NCBI RefSeq assembly: GCF_963921235.1
Contig: NC_086108.1
Span: 30,010,001 to 30,074,000, forward strand
DNA from: Mobula hypostoma
Taxonomy: Eukaryota
Reading direction: 5' to 3'
DNA length: 64,000 nt
Each line of letters begins with the position of its first letter. The first letter of the stretch is position 1. Both the position numbers and the translations under genes were made by a program. Shown one piece after another: positions 60,085 to 64,000 of this stretch. A model generated the notes under the pieces. The model ran no database searches, was not told where the DNA came from, and was given only the letters and a program-made list of their open reading frames with translations.

Positions 60085-60740
60085 TGTTGTGTCGCGGTGA
60101 GGAAGTAAAGGATCAAGTTGAAGAGGGAGGCAGGTTTTGGAGTTTGTTGATGAAAACTGATGGAATGATTGTGCTGAACACTGAGATGTAATCAATAAAC
60201 AGCAGCTTGACACAGGTATTGCTATTATCCAGGTGATCGAAGGCCAAGTGGAAAGCCAATGAGATTACATCCACTCTGCCCCTAATTTCTTGGAAGTTGG
60301 TGAAGATTCAGCATGTCATTTAAAACATTGACTTCTGTAGATGCACAGTCAAGAGTATACTGACAGGATGCATCACCATCTGGTATGGGAGCACCAGTGC
60401 TCTTGTACGGAAAATCCTACAAAAAGTAACGGATACGACCCAGCCCATCATGGGTAAAGCCCTCGTCACAACTGAGCACAGCTGTCACAGAAAAGCAGCA
60501 GCTATCTTCAAGGGACCCCACCATCCAGATCATGCTTTCTTCTCACTGCTGCCATCAGGAAGGATGCAAAGGAGCCTTGGATCTTAATCTACCAAGGTCA
60601 GGAGAAGTTGCTACCCTTCAACCACCAGGCTCCTAAACCAGACTGGTAACTTCACTCACTCCAACACTGAACTGTTTTCACAGCCTATGGGATCACTTTC
60701 AAGATCTCTACATCTCATGTTCTCAAAGTTATTTATTTAT
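60085..60740. mobile_element. Rex1/Babar fragments in both orientations; 3' UTR resumes at ~61870-62075
   Basis: Minus strand 'LFIDYISVFSTIIPS'; plus strand 'VKSILTGCITIWYG', 'SLLPSGR'. Confidence 0.7.
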
Positions 60741-60764
60741 TATTATGTATTGTTACAATTTACT

Positions 60765-61860
60765 TATTCTCAGCTCAAGCTGGTAAAACTTGAGGTGCGG
60801 GCATAACCAAGCACACTCATTTCTCAATCGCTAGGAACTTTCAGACTACTATAGCAGTGTTCAGTATTGTGGCTTTCTGAAAAGTTACATAGATATTGCT
60901 GTGTAGCCCTAATTGTTTAATGCTATTTTGTGGTGCCTTTGGGATGATGTCAGTTGTAGATATTACTATCGGGACAATGTATAGCTTGTTCATGTTCCAT
61001 AGTCAAATCGATTTCTTCTTTTAATTCAGCATATTTCTAGTGTTTGTCAGAAATTGATTTCTGTAAGTTATGCGTGTTTGGAATGGCAATATCCATTAAA
61101 TAAGTTGTTCTTGCTTGTTTATTCTGGATTATTATATCCAGATGGTTATTATGGATTGTCCTGTCTGTAATAACTGATCAGTCATAATATAATTTGTGGT
61201 ATTCTGACACTAAAGCTGGATTAGGCCTGTATTTAAAGTAAGGCGTAATTTCATTTATGAGTTTGTATTTTAAAACAAGATTTTACTGAACGATGTTTGC
61301 CACTTGATTGTGCCTGTGCAGGCAATAAGAACGTGTTAAACTGCTGCAGGGCTCTGTAACGTGTCAGATTGTTTCTGGTTTTTCTCAGCTTTTTCTACAT
61401 TTACCATCTTGAATTTGTTGGTCTTTTGTTATGTATTTTTGCTGATTTTTTTTTTGTGTTCACCACCTGGTCCTGTATTACCACAAGGAACCCTTTTGTT
61501 TCTGGGAAGAAGTTTCCAACTCTTAAGACAGAAGTTCGACAGTTCCTCGTGGATATCTAGTGTGCTCAGATCATGGGGTTGTCTTCTATGGAGGGTGATG
61601 CTCTTCTATTGGTTAACTTGTTCCTCAATAACAATAATGTCTTTATTTTTCTGGGTTGTGGTCTCACTTAAGTTTAGTGTGTATGTTTCTTATCAGAATT
61701 GCATATGCTTGTGTGGAGTGCTGAATCCTGTTTTCATTGATGGAAGTATGTCTTCAGAAGGTCTATCTGACTGTTGTGTAGATCTTTAGTGTCTGTTATT
61801 CCTCTTCCCACTTCTGTCCTGGTGTTAATCTAAGCGCATTCGAAAGTACATAATGTTTTC
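60765..61860 (-). mobile_element. R4/Dong-like non-LTR retrotransposon fragment with restriction-like endonuclease
   Basis: Reverse complement gives 'HRHNQVANIV', 'TIHNNHLDIII', 'YLMDIAIP', 'KYAELK'; 3' end lies in a TAA/TTA-rich tract. Confidence 0.7.
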
Positions 61861-64000
61861 TGGAATTTGTCATTTCTGCTCGTGTTTTTTTCTTTCTGTA
61901 TTTGCACAATTTGTTGTCTTTTGTACATAGGTTTGTTTGTCTATGTACAGTTTTTTTTATTGATTCCATTGTATTTCTTTGTATTCACTGTCAATGCCCA
62001 CAAGAAAATGAATCTCAGGGTAGTATATGATGGCATATATGTGCTTCAACAATAAATTTACTTTCAACTTTCAATAAAGGCCATTTTAAGAGCCACTAAA
62101 AAGAGCTATGACCATTATTATCACACCTGAGTGTTTGGTCTTTTTATGTGTCATTGTGGTTCAGTGAGTACAATGTGTGTACGTCATTTCTGTTTCTGTG
62201 CCATTTTATTGCACAGTTACAGTATACCTTAATGCTATTAAAATCCAGGTAACTATAGGAATATTTTTTAAAATAGTACGGTGATTTAAAAGTGATCTAA
62301 CACTTAGTAGGAAATTTATTTTGATATAAGTGCAAAATAGTCTGGGCCACTTGTACTGAGACTGTGGCCCCTGTACAACTGGAACAGAAGGAAAGGGCCC
62401 TGCCTACAACCGGTGCTCTCAGCAGCCTGCAGTGTTCCCCAGGCATGGAGGAGAGAAGAATACTCACTGCTAATGACCACGCACTGTGGCTCTGATGGAA
62501 ACTCTGCACCACAAGAAATCTATCCAGCAACTTCTTTGTAAATCTTCCTGAACTCAGTGCGAGGGAAAATATAAACAAAAGCATAAGCAAGAACAAACTT
62601 AAAACCCTTCCATAACTTAGCCTAACAAAAGCTCCTTTAAGAGCCATTGGAAACAGCTACTGTATGATCAGCTTTATTTCACATGAATGTTTTGTCTTTA
62701 CTTTTATCTTTGTGTATCTCATTATTTTTCATTTTTAATCGCAATCTCGTGAACAGCTGTTACTGTGTCAATACAATCTCAGTTCCATTTTCCTACACTG
62801 TCGCTAAACTGCTGCCATTAAAATTCCCATTGCAAAAGGAATAACTTGCAGGCTAGTGAGACTTCACTGGTGGGTCTCTCTGAGGACCCCGATGCATGTT
62901 ACCCACCCCAGGTGAGTCAAAGCCCCCAAAGACATCCAGGTAACATCCAGGAAGATGGCATTCAGGTGGACGAGAGGAAACTAAAATGGCCTGCAAGTGT
63001 ATTCCAGCCATGGAGATGTGAAGAAGACTCACCACCATTGACCAAGCACTGTGGCTCTGAGGGAAAATTTGGCATGACAAGAAATCCATCCAGCTGCTAT
63101 TCCACACATATTCCGTCACACTGAGTGGGAGATCACTCAGGGCTTCAAAGGAGACCTGTGCTCCCACAATTCTCCCCATCATGGACCTGCAGGCCAGTGA
63201 GACTTTCATAGTGACACTCTGTTGTGATGGTGTTGGGTTTGCTGTCCGTAAAGTTCTAATCTCAGATGAAGATCTTAAGCCCTGTCTGATATAGGTAGCT
63301 ATGGGCGCCCTCCCTAAAAGGAGGTTTCCATGGCAAGTTTAGCTGCCAATGCCCACTATTGTAGCATTGGGTCTCCCTCCCTACCAAGGAGGAGTTTCTT
63401 CCAGTTAACAAAGTAGTTTAAACACTGTTCATTTATTTTTAGTGATACACATCCAAATTTAGATAAAATTCTTAAAACACATTAAAATCTCACGGAGGAT
63501 TTCTATCTTGTAAAATACTTTGAAATTATAATCAATGTCTGAAACACAAAAGTTTTCTAAAACACAGGTGGAATTCCTATAATTCCTAAAAAGGTATACG
63601 TAGGAATAACAGATGAACGAGTTGTCAGAACTCAAAGGCAAACAAATGGATTCTAGTCATCACATCTTTGTCATTCTTCTTGCTGTTCCTTGACCATTCC
63701 GAACAAGGCTGACTGCTCTTTAATATTTATATATATTTTTTGCTACTTGGTGACTTCACCTGCATATGATGTTTTTCAGTTACATTCATCAGGGCAGGTT
63801 AATACATTGTTTAATGAATCTGAAGTGGACCTCGTTGTTGTCTCTTGATTAAATAATTGGACAATGAGGACCTTATTGTTCACTCATTTACAACAAGAGG
63901 CTGAGCAAAGAATATTGGTTGGAAGTTAAACTTCTTCAAAAGCAACCCTTTGAACCCTGGAAGAGTCAACTGCTGTGTTAGAAAGCTGAGCTTGGCAAAA

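Overview
AT-rich (roughly 40-45% GC), repeat-saturated vertebrate genomic DNA. The repeat set (CR1/HER1-type LINEs, HE1-like tRNA SINEs, Rex1/Babar LINEs, Penelope-like elements, Tigger, hAT, Tc1/mariner) points to a cartilaginous fish, probably a ray; this is inference. I cannot support any intact host protein-coding gene. The most intact object is a 4.8-kb Gmr1-like Ty3/Gypsy LTR element (24205-28988) with TG..CA LTRs, a 4-bp CAGG target-site duplication (TSD), a tRNA-Pro-like primer-binding site and a polypurine tract. It is inserted in a CR1 ORF2. Its single 927-codon ORF encodes Gag and protease fused in frame to shortened, catalytically dead integrase/RT/RNase H remnants. Second, Penelope-type 3' tails scattered through the window carry a minimal type-I hammerhead ribozyme motif; several copies have an intact core, and three insertions are tail-out inverted pairs. 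There is also a heavily decayed histone H3 pseudogene (~49758-50050), several nested transposon stacks with recoverable TSDs, and a non-repetitive, CpG-retaining island at ~50.1-51.15 kb of unknown function. Boundaries of old repeats are approximate. All family calls come from recognising motifs by eye, not from database searches.
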